64,000 nucleotides of DNA from Candidatus Poribacteria bacterium (GCA_965208325.1 OZ242326.1:4512001-4576000), one strand, 5' to 3'. Counted from the first letter of the stretch, positions 18,554-28,922 are shown. Made by a program: numbers and translations. Notes: generated by a model from the sequence alone, not told the origin.

Positions 18554-20464
18554 ATGCAGACAAAAATGCGCCGGCGCATGATAATCCATTTCAAAACAGA
18601 AACCGAGTTTTTGCCAAAAACTCGGTTTCTATTCGCGCTTATCCTCATTTTATCGCTTTTGACAATCCCACTTACCGCGCTCAGCGATGCGGATGATACA
18701 GCTATCCCCACTCCAATCAACCCCGATCTGACTTTCCTGATTCGGCAAATTACGTTTGAAGGCAACGACTTTCTCAATCGGAAAGCGTTGGCGCAGCACA
18801 TCGGTGTTGGCGCCGGACAACCATATGACAAAGGAGAGATTCTTGAGGGACTAAACCGCATTGCCGCAGAATACAGAAAAAACGGGTTTATTTCCGTGGT
18901 GCTTCACCCGGAGGTTACCGAGATTTCGGCTGATCAGGTGCGTATACGCGTTCACATTGACGAAGGAAAGCGAGTTCGGACGGGTGAAATTACGATTGAC
19001 GGCGCCCAACTGTTTTCTGTACGCGAGCTGAGGCGAGAACTTCGTCTGCATAGAGGCGCACCATTTAGCCATACGGCGCTAGAACGAGGAATTGCACGCA
19101 TCCTCGCCCTGTACAGCGAACGCGGTTATCCGAAAGTAGAGATTCAACCGGGAGATTTTCGACTATCGCCCGAAGAGGATTTGGTCGATTTTCACCTCCA
19201 AATCGATGAAGGTAATCTGATCCGCATCGGAGGGGTGAAATTGACCGGTTTGAAGAAAACAAAAGCAGATGTCGTCTCCCGCGAGTTGCCGATTCAATCC
19301 GGCGACGTGTTTAATCAGCGCAAAATCGATCAGAGTTTTCACCGGCTGGTAAATCTCGGCTACTTTTATGAGGTGAATCCTGATGTGCTGGAGCCGGGGA
19401 ACGCGCCGGACGAGGTCATATTTAACGCACTGGTCACAGAAGCGCGGACAGGCAGATTTAGCGGTGTGATTGGTTACGCCCCGCCGACATCCGGCCTTGA
19501 AAACGCCCCCCAACTCACCGGAGTGATTGAAGCCAGCGAATCAAATCTGCTCGGCACGGGCCGGCAGGCAAACTTTTTTTGGAAATCCGGTTTGATTTCG
19601 ACGCTGCAGGTCGGGTATGAAGAACCTTGGCCCTTCGGTAAACCGCTCAAAATCGGCGTCGAATACAGCCGGTTGACGCAGCGGAACCAATTTACGGACG
19701 CAGAATCTAAAGAGCAATCCACCCGCTTAATCGTTGGGACGCGTTTTCGCAGTTTATTTGAAGGGTCTCTGGCGCTCTCGTACAAACGGATTGAACTGCC
19801 AACCATTGCCGCACCCTTCACTTCTTTGGACGCAACCGATCCATTTTTCCGAGGGGGTTCACAGCGCCAGCCGCGTGACATCTCGGATTCAGATGGAGCG
19901 GGCGCGTATATCGGTGAGAACGGCGTAAAGTACGGGGTAACTTTGAGCATTGCGCGCGACAGCAGGGATTCCTTCCTGAATCCGACCCGCGGCCGGCGCG
20001 ATCACATCGCTTTTGAATTTTCGCGCGGCGATTTCAAGCTTCGCAAATTGTGGTTAGATTTCCAACAGTATTTTCCGACGTGGCGCAGGCAGGTTATCGC
20101 TATCGGCGTGCATGGGGCGGCGGCTTGGGGGGCGAATATCCCGCCGACAGAACTTTTCTATTTGGGCGGCGCAAACACGCTGCGCGGTTACGATGAGGAT
20201 TGGTTCTCCGGTCCTCGCCGTGTGCACGGCAATTTCGAGTATCGATTTCTGACCGGGCGAACCTCGCAAATCTTCGCGTTTGTCGATCTCGGGTCGGTGA
20301 CGGCAATTGACGAGCCGACGCGGCTGGACCCGCTTCGCGTCGGCTACGGTTTCGGCATGCGGCTCGAATCAAAAGGCGGCGCACTGCGTATGGACTACGG
20401 ACTGGCTGAGGGAAGTTCGGCGCTGCAAGGGAAGATTCATGTGAACTTGGGAACTGCATTCTAA
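18554..20464 (+). CDS. Omp85 (BamA/TamA) family outer membrane protein with POTRA domains
   Basis: About three POTRA units (I.F.GN..., Y...GY/F), FYLGGANTLRGY, C-terminal Phe; exact start uncertain (18554, 18578 or 18611). Confidence 0.88.
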   Translation: MQTKMRRRMIIHFKTETEFLPKTRFLFALILILSLLTIPLTALSDADDTAIPTPINPDLTFLIRQITFEGNDFLNRKALAQHIGVGAGQPYDKGEILEGLNRIAAEYRKNGFISVVLHPEVTEISADQVRIRVHIDEGKRVRTGEITIDGAQLFSVRELRRELRLHRGAPFSHTALERGIARILALYSERGYPKVEIQPGDFRLSPEEDLVDFHLQIDEGNLIRIGGVKLTGLKKTKADVVSRELPIQSGDVFNQRKIDQSFHRLVNLGYFYEVNPDVLEPGNAPDEVIFNALVTEARTGRFSGVIGYAPPTSGLENAPQLTGVIEASESNLLGTGRQANFFWKSGLISTLQVGYEEPWPFGKPLKIGVEYSRLTQRNQFTDAESKEQSTRLIVGTRFRSLFEGSLALSYKRIELPTIAAPFTSLDATDPFFRGGSQRQPRDISDSDGAGAYIGENGVKYGVTLSIARDSRDSFLNPTRGRRDHIAFEFSRGDFKLRKLWLDFQQYFPTWRRQVIAIGVHGAAAWGANIPPTELFYLGGANTLRGYDEDWFSGPRRVHGNFEYRFLTGRTSQIFAFVDLGSVTAIDEPTRLDPLRVGYGFGMRLESKGGALRMDYGLAEGSSALQGKIHVNLGTAF

Positions 20465-20468
20465 GGTC

Positions 20469-20585
20469 TATAGTCATTTAGGTTCATATTTACACAAGGC
20501 GAGATTGACTGATTGTTAATCGAGGCTGGGAAGCCTCTCCCACCAACCAATGAGTAAATGTATAATTTTTAGTTGCAATGACTAT
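20469..20585. mobile_element. MITE-like element of about 117 bp with terminal inverted repeats (T)ATAGTCATT...AATGACTAT(A)
   Basis: Similar copies at 30707-30824 and, right end degraded, 42790-42890; internal hairpin gaggct.ggaagcctc. Confidence 0.65.
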
Positions 20586-20635
20586 TGGTGCCGGCGGACG
20601 GACGAAATGATTCCCGTAAAATACCGATTAATACT

Positions 20636-21544
20636 TCAACGCGCAATGCGAAATCCGATTATGAACTCGGTGTAGTCGGGACTGAAATAGTCAAAACTGG
20701 TGCAGGTACTTGCCTCGTGATTGTAGTACCACGCACCGCCGCACACGACTCGAAATTGCGGGTCTTGCTCGTCGTACCAAGTGTTCGTCCATTCCCATAC
20801 GTTGCCCATCATATCATAGCACCCTAAGGGGCTAACACCGCCGGGGAACGCGCCAACAGGCGTTGTGCCGCCTGCACCGAGTTCTGCGGTGTTACAACGC
20901 GGTCTATCAATCTCGTTTCCCCACGGAAAGCGGCGCCCGTCGTCTCCGCGGGCGGCTCGTGTCCACTCCTCAAATGTCGGCAACCGACAGCCACACCATT
21001 CGGCATAAGCCGCCGTATCGTCTGAATTTACCCAGACAACCGGATGATCGCCCTTCTTATCGGGATAGGCATCACCCTCCCACGATTGCGGGGAGGGATG
21101 TCCCGTGCCCCGAATAAACCGCTGGTATTGGGCGTTGGTGACGGGGTAACGGCCAATCTGAAATGCCTCCACCCGTAACGGCGTCAATTCATCGCCGATG
21201 TGGACACATCCGGCGGGTACCTCGGCGATTGCGTCCAACACTTGAAGCGCCGATTGGCGTATAAGTTCGTCACTCGAATCGAGCGCGATTCCCAACGGCG
21301 AAATAACCTCTCCGACGGGCGGGGTTGTGAGTTCCCGGTTTTTGCCCCAGCCCAGATCCGCCGCCAAAAGCGTCCGAACCGCGTTGAACAGGGAGGCGTC
21401 GAAATGCCATCGCCAATACCGCTTAATGAGGAGGTCTAACGCCGCCGGATCGCCACACTCAACGAGCGATTTTCTGTTTTGATCGAAGTCATCCTGTTGA
21501 GCGCCGTCCGGCAATTTGAGTTTTATTAGCGTCTCGTCCGCCAA
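20636..21544 (-). CDS. FGE-sulfatase (SUMF1) domain protein, probably non-catalytic
   Basis: F.IGRYPVTNAQY..F, HPVVWV, RLPTFEEW..AARG, YDMMGNVWEW, GFR; lacks the FGE active-site Cys pair. Confidence 0.88.
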   Translation of the reverse strand: MADETLIKLKLPDGAQQDDFDQNRKSLVECGDPAALDLLIKRYWRWHFDASLFNAVRTLLAADLGWGKNRELTTPPVGEVISPLGIALDSSDELIRQSALQVLDAIAEVPAGCVHIGDELTPLRVEAFQIGRYPVTNAQYQRFIRGTGHPSPQSWEGDAYPDKKGDHPVVWVNSDDTAAYAEWCGCRLPTFEEWTRAARGDDGRRFPWGNEIDRPRCNTAELGAGGTTPVGAFPGGVSPLGCYDMMGNVWEWTNTWYDEQDPQFRVVCGGAWYYNHEASTCTSFDYFSPDYTEFIIGFRIAR

Positions 21545-21747
21545 AATTGGTTAACCTTTTGAAGAATTCTCATGGTCCAGTTGTCAAGCGTTCTTAACCT
21601 CCCCTAACCCATCCTTGTTAAGGAGGGGGATGCTACTTCAGTTCCATTCACATGCAAGCTGCCGCCGGAGAATTCATCCGGATCTTCCACCTCGCCAAAG
21701 AGAGCGGGAACGGCGTCGGGTGATTTGTGATAGTGGAAAACCACGGC

Positions 21748-23430
21748 TTAACCCGCTGCGTCTTGATGCCGATGGCGAGGTCCATTTAGCAACGTGCCGA
21801 CCGGTGTATAGCGCACCAAGTATTCGTAAGTCACCAACAGCACCGCTGTGGTAACGACACATATCAGACTGAACTTTAGCAGCGCCGGAAGCTGCCAAGA
21901 CCTTATTAGCCATTGCGCGATGACGATTAGTGGGAGGTGCGCCAGATAAATCCAGTAAGATGCATCCGAGACATACCGCCACACTCTGCTGCCTTTAACT
22001 ACCAGCCGACGAAACGCACCCATCAAGGAAAACACCATCATCCAAGCGAACAGTGCCTGCGCGGTGACCGAGACGATATGATTTGGCACTGCCGGATCCG
22101 CCGACCAGCCGAGCGTTAAGCCGATGGGGGAGACAATTAGCAAGGTTACGGGCAGGGTGAAGATCCACCGTTTGCCGACTTTTCCAGTCTCGTCATTGGA
22201 ATCGTAGTAGAGCGCGCCGAAGAAAAAGAAGATGGCGTAATAAAAGAGCATGTGCGGTTTAGGTAAAAAATTGGCTGAAAGGTCTGGACCAAAATGCGGG
22301 ATTTTGCCTTGGGCGCCCATAAACCATTGCGGCAGCATCGTGAGCGGAATGAGCCACAGGCAGCGGCTCCACGGGAGTGCGAACCTATGAAGACGACGCG
22401 ACCAACCGGTTCGATCGTCGATGGCGGCATATAATGCGAAGGCAGCCACAAACCAGCATAGATACCAGAGGAACCAGAGGTGTGTGAGTATCTCGCCTCC
22501 GGTAAGGAAATTCCAAATGCGGCTCAAAATCTCGTAACTGGCGTACGCATCTTTGCTATCCGTTATTAACTCGTGATGCCCTTCTTGCGCCATGCGATCA
22601 CGGAGTATTTCAATTACCTCCGACCTGCCGGCTTTCACATTTTTCGAGTCAAATGAAATTTGCAAATAATTTGCGATTGCTCGTGTGTACGTCCAATTTG
22701 CTTGTGCGGTGTCCAGCGGCGTTTCACCGTTTAGGGTTTTGGCGGTGACATCTGCGCCGTAGTCCAGAAGCAGTTTTACAATCTCAAGCTGTCCCATGAA
22801 TGCTGCGGCGTGCAATGGCGTCGCCCCGTCCAAGTTTTTCGCGCCGATGTCAGCCCCTGCTTCAATGAGAAGTTCCGCTATTTCATCCTTTCCCTCAAGG
22901 GCTGCCCATGACAGCGCCGTAACGCCGAATTCAGAATCTGCGGCATTGGGATCGGCGCCATCCGACAAGTGAAGTTTGAGCGCTTCAACGTCTCCAGTTT
23001 TTGCTGCCGAGTAGACATCGCGGCGCCGAATTTCTGACGGTGAACTCGATTTGCCCTTGTCAGGCGTGACTGAAAAAGTGAAATTCGTCGCGGCAGCGAA
23101 GTAGCTAAAATGGGTAATAGGGACGATGGTAAACAGCCCCAAAATAAACGGGAGCAAGATGCGGCGAAACCGATGCCGCAAGAGCGACGCCAACCCTCGT
23201 TTGCGCCACAACATCGCCGTGAAAAAACCGCTCATGACAAAGAATACCGGCATTCGAAATCCGTGAATCAGCGCAAAAACGATACCGAGTCCGTCGGTTC
23301 GTTGCGTGTCTTGAACGGGCCAAATTGGCATATAAAAATATGCCATTGAAGCGTGCAATACGATGCCTAGCAGCATGGCGGCGGCACGCAAGGCATCGAG
23401 GTCGTGCCGCCGATTGGGAGGGGTGTTCAT
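21748..23430 (-). CDS. Acyltransferase-3 (OpgC/MdoC-like) membrane protein with inserted ankyrin repeats
   Basis: RRHDLDALRA..MLLGIVLH, HGFRMPVFF.MSGFF, HLWFLWYL, ASYWIYLAH; ankyrin units G.TALSWAA and GATPLHAAA. Confidence 0.9.
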   Translation of the reverse strand: MNTPPNRRHDLDALRAAAMLLGIVLHASMAYFYMPIWPVQDTQRTDGLGIVFALIHGFRMPVFFVMSGFFTAMLWRKRGLASLLRHRFRRILLPFILGLFTIVPITHFSYFAAATNFTFSVTPDKGKSSSPSEIRRRDVYSAAKTGDVEALKLHLSDGADPNAADSEFGVTALSWAALEGKDEIAELLIEAGADIGAKNLDGATPLHAAAFMGQLEIVKLLLDYGADVTAKTLNGETPLDTAQANWTYTRAIANYLQISFDSKNVKAGRSEVIEILRDRMAQEGHHELITDSKDAYASYEILSRIWNFLTGGEILTHLWFLWYLCWFVAAFALYAAIDDRTGWSRRLHRFALPWSRCLWLIPLTMLPQWFMGAQGKIPHFGPDLSANFLPKPHMLFYYAIFFFFGALYYDSNDETGKVGKRWIFTLPVTLLIVSPIGLTLGWSADPAVPNHIVSVTAQALFAWMMVFSLMGAFRRLVVKGSRVWRYVSDASYWIYLAHLPLIVIAQWLIRSWQLPALLKFSLICVVTTAVLLVTYEYLVRYTPVGTLLNGPRHRHQDAAG

Positions 23431-23484
23431 TTAATGAAATCCTTTCAGTCCAGGGATTTTGCGTGGGGGTTTTTGAATATGGAA

Positions 23485-23563
23485 AAGACTATCGCCTTCG
23501 CTATTCGCTCAGTTGATCCTTCGCTGTTCGTTCAGTTGATCCCTCCTTATTAAGGCGGGGAAT
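23485..23563 (+). repeat. Dispersed repeat aagactatcgccttcgctattcgctcagttgatcc followed by a CCTT.TTAAGG hairpin
   Basis: Related copies near 451, 643, 9021, 43059, 49524, 49675 and 50364. Confidence 0.85.
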
Positions 23564-26500
23564 GATGATTTTGTTCGGTTTCAAGGTTTTCAATCACCAG
23601 CCATGTGACGAGTTCGAAGTCTGTTGCGCCGCTAACCTGATCGGTTACAAGGGGCAGGGCGCCGCCGCGGCCTGATGTGAGGTTGTCGAATGCGCGTTTT
23701 CTGTAGGTCTGGGCGATAGATTTTACGGTCTTGTCAAGAAGGTCGTCGTATTGGGACATGTCTGCGCCGTTAGCCGTGCGTTCGTCGAACAGCGCACAGA
23801 GTTCGTCATAGGGTCTATTATTGCCAGAGCAGAGTTGGCGGTACATTTCCAGAATTTGTTTGGGATAGGCGAAGGAAAAACGCACAACCCCATCGTTCCG
23901 AACATAGACGAGGAAATAGGGTTGGGTGGGATTCAGGTTCCGGTTTTCATCCGACTCGGTTTTCTGGCGCAAGCAGAAGATGACACCGGGTTGAATTATC
24001 GGGTCATTTGGAGGCGGCGGCACGACGGCATAGAGCCCAAAAGGCGATTCCTCAAGTTTTTTTCGGTTACTTTCAATGTATTTGATGAGTTCCATACGGA
24101 AATCGTCAAGCGTGAACTCGTTAAGGGCAACACTTTCGGTAAACTCTTCAAGGTCAAGGACTTCATCCTTGAGCCGAAGCAGTTGTTGGTCACGGTATCG
24201 GAGATCGCCTTCGATAACGTCGTGAAGTGCATCGGGATCGAGCAGGTTATCTCCCTGTGTGGCGGTGACATCCACGAGGGCCATCCGTGCTTCAACCCGG
24301 TTTTTGAGGTTAATGTAACGATTCAGATCTTCGGTGGGCCAGAAATTCACCAAATGCACACTGTTATTGACGCTTCCAATTCTATCAATCCGTCCGAACC
24401 GTTGGATGATGCGCACCGGATTCCAGTGGATGTCGTAATTGATTAGGTAGTCGCAGTCTTGGAGGTTTTGTCCTTCCGAGATGCAGTCGGTGCCGATCAG
24501 CAGATCAATCTCCTCGTTCTGCGGCATTGAGGCGATGCCGGCGCGGTTCTTCGCAATCGGGGAGAAGTTGGTGAGAATGTCGATGAAGTTGGTCCTGCCA
24601 AGCGTGGTTTTGTTCGCGCCTGCGCCGGTCACCATCCCGGTGTGGATATTCAGTTTTGCCGCAGCCCATTCATGGAGTGCGCCGTAGAGGTAGTCGGCGG
24701 TGTCGGCAAATGCAGTGAATACAAGCACCTTGCGATTCGGTTTATTTTCCTTCGTGGTAGTCGGATTGTTGACCTTCGCCTGAATCAGTTCTTTGAGTTT
24801 AGCGAGTTTGGCATCGCGGTGCATGTTGATTTTTTTTGCCGAACGGTAGGGGCCTTCAAGTTGGTCTCGGTCATGTTGTAAATCCTCGAGCCACCGCTCA
24901 ACGTCAAGGTGCGCCATCTTGAACTTTAGGCTTTTACCAACCTGCATTGCCGCTTGCAACTCTTCATCTTCGAGAGCATCAATATCCACGTCGCCTAAGT
25001 CCGCATCCGGGTTTTCGCCGCGGTATTCCTGAAACCGCCGGATTCGACCTTCCAAATCGTCAATTTTTTCAAGCGTACGTTCCAGCGTAATCTTAAAGGA
25101 GTGAACAGAACTCTCCAAGCGTTTAAGAAAATTCACTTTCATCATGCCGATTAGGTAGTATTCGCGGTCACTCTGCGTAAAGTGATTGATGTGCCCTAGG
25201 TCGTATTCGGAATGGTGTTCGGGGCGGAGATATTTGGTCGGATTGTAGAGGGAGAGCTGATACTGCGAAATTTCCGCGTTTAGCTCGTCGTAAGACATGA
25301 ATTGACCGCGTGTATCAATGTCCGGATAAACGGGTTCGGGTTTACTACGCTCCGGGAACCCGCCCAATTCCTTCAGTGAGCTAGGATAGTATTTTTCAAT
25401 CTGTTTCCGGGAACGGGCGATTGTCAACCCGTCAAGCAATCTGAAGAAGGAGGTGCTTAGTATTTCAAGCAACCCTTGACTGCTTCGCGCTCCATCCTGT
25501 TTTGCCCACCTGTTGAAGGCGGTTTGGGCGGTTGAGATGGTTTCTCTCAGATTAACGACACCGAGCGATTCCTCGAAAGCGTCGTCACGCTCTTCGGTGA
25601 GAAAGTAGAGTTGGTTGCGCAGATCCCTTAGGTCGTTGTTTACGGGCGTCGCGGACAGCAGCAACATCTTGGTCTTTACGCCGCTCTTGACGATGTCTTC
25701 CATCAGCCGCTCGTAGCGGGATCGGCTAATGGGAACGCCGTCCTCGTCCCGTTTTCCGCGGGTGTTGTTTCGGAAGTTGTGCGACTCGTCGATAACCACC
25801 AGCCCGTAGTTTCCCCAGTTAAACGATGCAAGGTTAATACTGTCCGACATACCGCTGCTCCGGCTCAGGTCGGTGTGCGACAGAACGGTGTAACCGAAGC
25901 GGTCGTTGGGGAACGGATTAAACTTGTTTCCGGTGTGCGCTTGGTAGAGCGTCCAGTTCTCGCGCAATTTCTTGGGGCACAGCACCAGCACGTTTTCGTT
26001 GCGGAGTTCGAAGTATTTTATCACCGCCAACGCCTCGAACGTCTTGCCCAAGCCGACGCTGTCAGCGATGATGCACCCGTTGTGCGTCAAGATTTTGTTG
26101 ATGGCGCCTTTCACGCCGTCCTTTTGAAATTCATAGAGAACTTTCCAGATTTGGGTATCAACCAGTTGCGGCGGTTCGTCCAGCAGACCCCAACCCTCCT
26201 GGTCGCCCAAATATTTTTCGAAAAGGTGAAATAGCGTCTTGTAGTATATGAATTCCGGATCGTGATTCTCATAGAGCTGGTTAAGGTAGGCCAATACCTC
26301 TTCCTTGACATCCTTCACGCGGCTCTTGTCATACCAGAGTTCATCAAACCACAATTTCAAGTCGTTCAGGTCGCGCCTGTCTTCCACCGTCAGATTGAGT
26401 TCAATATTACCCGCTGTTTGACTTAACCCTAAACCCCGAACGGTAAAATTTGAACTGCCGAGGATGGCGTTTTCAACGCCGTTCTTAGCGATGTGGTACA

Positions 26501-26882
26501 TCTTGCCGTGCAGCAAATTTGATTCACGGATTGACCGCACCTCTACTTTCTCCCCAATCCAGTCAGCGCATTCTCGCGCCACCTGCTTGAGTTGAAGTTG
26601 GTTCTTCAACTGCAAACCGTCAGCGTTTATGATGAATGATTTCTTCTCTGTTTTATCGGGATCAAGCCCTTGGATGAACCGGGGTTCGCCAAATAGGAAG
26701 CGAAGGTCATTGATTTGATACAGGGATGATTTCAGCGCCTCGAACGCGTAAATTGTAAAGTAAGCGGATACAACCGAGAGTGACGTACCGTTTTCGATTT
26801 GCGACTTCAGAAACTCACCGACCGTACCGCGCTCGCGGTTATCGCGGATGCCGGACGGGAATAGTGTCGTGTTTTCTGGCAT
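23550..26882 (-). CDS. PLD-nuclease / SNF2-type helicase fusion (restriction-associated)
   Basis: LHGKMY and GSSNFT (PLD); ADSVGLGKT, IDESHNFRN, LLSATPVNN, SEGQNLQD, QRFGRIDRIG (SF2 motifs). Confidence 0.92.
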   Translation of the reverse strand: MPENTTLFPSGIRDNRERGTVGEFLKSQIENGTSLSVVSAYFTIYAFEALKSSLYQINDLRFLFGEPRFIQGLDPDKTEKKSFIINADGLQLKNQLQLKQVARECADWIGEKVEVRSIRESNLLHGKMYHIAKNGVENAILGSSNFTVRGLGLSQTAGNIELNLTVEDRRDLNDLKLWFDELWYDKSRVKDVKEEVLAYLNQLYENHDPEFIYYKTLFHLFEKYLGDQEGWGLLDEPPQLVDTQIWKVLYEFQKDGVKGAINKILTHNGCIIADSVGLGKTFEALAVIKYFELRNENVLVLCPKKLRENWTLYQAHTGNKFNPFPNDRFGYTVLSHTDLSRSSGMSDSINLASFNWGNYGLVVIDESHNFRNNTRGKRDEDGVPISRSRYERLMEDIVKSGVKTKMLLLSATPVNNDLRDLRNQLYFLTEERDDAFEESLGVVNLRETISTAQTAFNRWAKQDGARSSQGLLEILSTSFFRLLDGLTIARSRKQIEKYYPSSLKELGGFPERSKPEPVYPDIDTRGQFMSYDELNAEISQYQLSLYNPTKYLRPEHHSEYDLGHINHFTQSDREYYLIGMMKVNFLKRLESSVHSFKITLERTLEKIDDLEGRIRRFQEYRGENPDADLGDVDIDALEDEELQAAMQVGKSLKFKMAHLDVERWLEDLQHDRDQLEGPYRSAKKINMHRDAKLAKLKELIQAKVNNPTTTKENKPNRKVLVFTAFADTADYLYGALHEWAAAKLNIHTGMVTGAGANKTTLGRTNFIDILTNFSPIAKNRAGIASMPQNEEIDLLIGTDCISEGQNLQDCDYLINYDIHWNPVRIIQRFGRIDRIGSVNNSVHLVNFWPTEDLNRYINLKNRVEARMALVDVTATQGDNLLDPDALHDVIEGDLRYRDQQLLRLKDEVLDLEEFTESVALNEFTLDDFRMELIKYIESNRKKLEESPFGLYAVVPPPPNDPIIQPGVIFCLRQKTESDENRNLNPTQPYFLVYVRNDGVVRFSFAYPKQILEMYRQLCSGNNRPYDELCALFDERTANGADMSQYDDLLDKTVKSIAQTYRKRAFDNLTSGRGGALPLVTDQVSGATDFELVTWLVIENLETEQNHHSPP

Positions 26883-27009
26883 ATTCTTCTCCTATGGGGC
26901 GGAGTTGGCTATTTTGGAGTTTGGGTTTTTAAGTTGTCTGAATCGCGGATTGCCACTAGGTAAATGATGGATGCAGATACAATGTGCCGAATCCATATCA
27001 TATGCTTAA

Positions 27010-27285
27010 TTACGGACGATATGCTCTGCCACGCCGATAAATGCCTTTGATGGTGCACACCCGACGTTGCGTGTCCAAACTGTAGACAATTCGGTAACTT
27101 CCGACACGGTATCTGTACTGTCCAGCATATTCTCCCTTCAACTTGACAATTTTCCGCCCAAAGAACGGATTTTGGGCTATCCGCTCAATCGCTTCATTTA
27201 CTCGCCGCGTCATGTTGGCATCAAGTACGTTGTAGTGTGTCACTGCCTCATCAGTGAGTCGTACATCAAACGTCGCGTCTAACAT
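27010..27285 (-). CDS. RelE/ParE family toxin
   Basis: 91 aa; KLKG....YRYRVGSYRIVY.......I..R..AY; overlaps the upstream small acidic gene. Confidence 0.88.
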   Translation of the reverse strand: MLDATFDVRLTDEAVTHYNVLDANMTRRVNEAIERIAQNPFFGRKIVKLKGEYAGQYRYRVGSYRIVYSLDTQRRVCTIKGIYRRGRAYRP

Positions 27286-27496
27286 CGGTCCAACGCTTTA
27301 GCCTCCCTGCCTGCACATCCGTTTCTGAACGTTCTAAACTTTTAACGATTTCCGGATTACTCGCCAATTCGTGGGTCGCTTCCCACGCTTCTTTATCTTG
27401 CAGATAGCGCAGATAGTCAATAACCGTCTTCAGCTTTTCTGTCGAAAGCTGCTCTATTAGCTCAACTGCTTGTTGTTGCAAAGATGCTTTTCGCAT
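27266..27496 (-). CDS. Cognate antitoxin
   Basis: Small gene directly upstream of the toxin; WEATHEL.SNP....SL..S..D...GR...W is typical of RelE-partner antitoxin C-termini. Confidence 0.75.
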   Translation of the reverse strand: MRKASLQQQAVELIEQLSTEKLKTVIDYLRYLQDKEAWEATHELASNPEIVKSLERSETDVQAGRLKRWTDVRRDV

Positions 27497-27998
27497 AGTG
27501 CCCCCTTTCAATCAAGATTTCATATCAGTATATAAAAAAATAAGAAATGAAGCTTTGATCAGCCCTCCGTATTTAGCCACCCTCTGTCTGAATCGCGGAT
27601 TTCCGCGGATTGAGGGATTACACGGATTGAGAAGTCCACGCTGTCGGCCCTGCTAGCGGCGGGAGGGCCTCCCCCGTTAAGATTACCGATGAATCGGGAC
27701 GACCCTCTCGATTGCATCGGGGCACTTGTGCTTGCCCAAAGACAATGATGTTCAACACCAATCATGAGCAAGGCAACCACAAGTCTCTTTATCCCGATTT
27801 ATCGCGGGGTTACCCCGATAAAAATTAACCATTTGCAGAAATCGTTCACATCGCTTTGCACCCACTTTTTTACATGCGGCGAAATATGGTGAATCTTAGA
27901 ATTAATGAGACGCTCCAAAACGGTGCCGTTCGGAAACCGCGCCTACCGCGGCGGACGATAGTGTATATTCATTTGGTGGTAACCATAATTCAAGGTAC

Positions 27999-28766
27999 TC
28001 ATGTGACATCAAGGACCAGTTTACGCCCATTTAACGGCTGTACCGGCCGGTTGTTGCCGTGGATAATCGCTTTAAATGCCGCAATTTGCGATACAGACAT
28101 CTCAGCGGGCGTTGTGAGCACAATCCATTTGACTCCCTCTAAACAGGGCGGGGTGGTCAGTGAACCGTCGTATCGGTAGGTGCTGGGAAAAGCCGCTCCG
28201 GCTTGATCACGCATCTGTCCATTGGGCGACAGCATCAAATCAAGATCTAGTACGACATTCTCAATGCGCCGCGTTTCGAGCGGGGCGGCCGGTAAATCGG
28301 CCCAGATTGGATCAAATGCAGGGTGGTGACGACCACTCTCGATTAACAAACCCACGACTGCTAATTCGCCCGCTTCACTTTGGTGAACGAGGTGCATTTC
28401 CATATCAAACGGTTTACCGGCTACCGTGTGTTCGCTAGGAGCATGGAAATGGAATTGGAGCAGTTGATAGTCGGTGCCATCGATCTGGATTCGGCTGTCT
28501 TCAGGATACGCCACTTCAATCGTGTGTCCATTATGGTGGATGTCCACACCCGTTGCAGGCTGGTATTCATAGGAGAAAACCGGGAGTTGGGTTTGCACCG
28601 GGTTCACAATGTCGATCGGTGATTGGTGCGTCCCCTCGCCGCAAAGGACATATTCCTGATTAAGCTGCCCCCAAACATCCGGCCCATTCTCTGCTGCATA
28701 ACCCCACTCCGCCTTGTGAGTATGGGCGGGAAATTTTTTTGTCCTACCACAACCTGTTATACACAT
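27999..28766 (-). CDS. cah: Alpha-class carbonic anhydrase
   Basis: WGY...GP..W, QSPIDI, NGHTI, QFHFH.PSEH, EMHLVH, Y.GSLTTPPC.EGV.W, NNRPVQPLNGR. Confidence 0.95.
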   Translation of the reverse strand: MCITGCGRTKKFPAHTHKAEWGYAAENGPDVWGQLNQEYVLCGEGTHQSPIDIVNPVQTQLPVFSYEYQPATGVDIHHNGHTIEVAYPEDSRIQIDGTDYQLLQFHFHAPSEHTVAGKPFDMEMHLVHQSEAGELAVVGLLIESGRHHPAFDPIWADLPAAPLETRRIENVVLDLDLMLSPNGQMRDQAGAAFPSTYRYDGSLTTPPCLEGVKWIVLTTPAEMSVSQIAAFKAIIHGNNRPVQPLNGRKLVLDVT

Positions 28767-28922
28767 AATAAATCAGATAACGATGGTAAATCTCTTTGCA
28801 ATACAAGGACTCTGGAAATCAAGCGCTGCCAGTAGTAAATAGACTTGGAATTGCGTCATCATCAATCACTTCGGGTTTTTTTATCGGCAACGTTCAGAAT
28901 TTGTTTGAGAGAAGATACGGAG

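Noticed and set aside
20636..21544. DGR target (FGE/C-type lectin fold)
   Set aside because: No reverse transcriptase or template repeat with adenine-specific mismatches seen in the window.
28773..28775. Selenocysteine or genome-wide TGA recoding
   Set aside because: The position is in a signal-like segment, and many genes in the window end at TGA normally.
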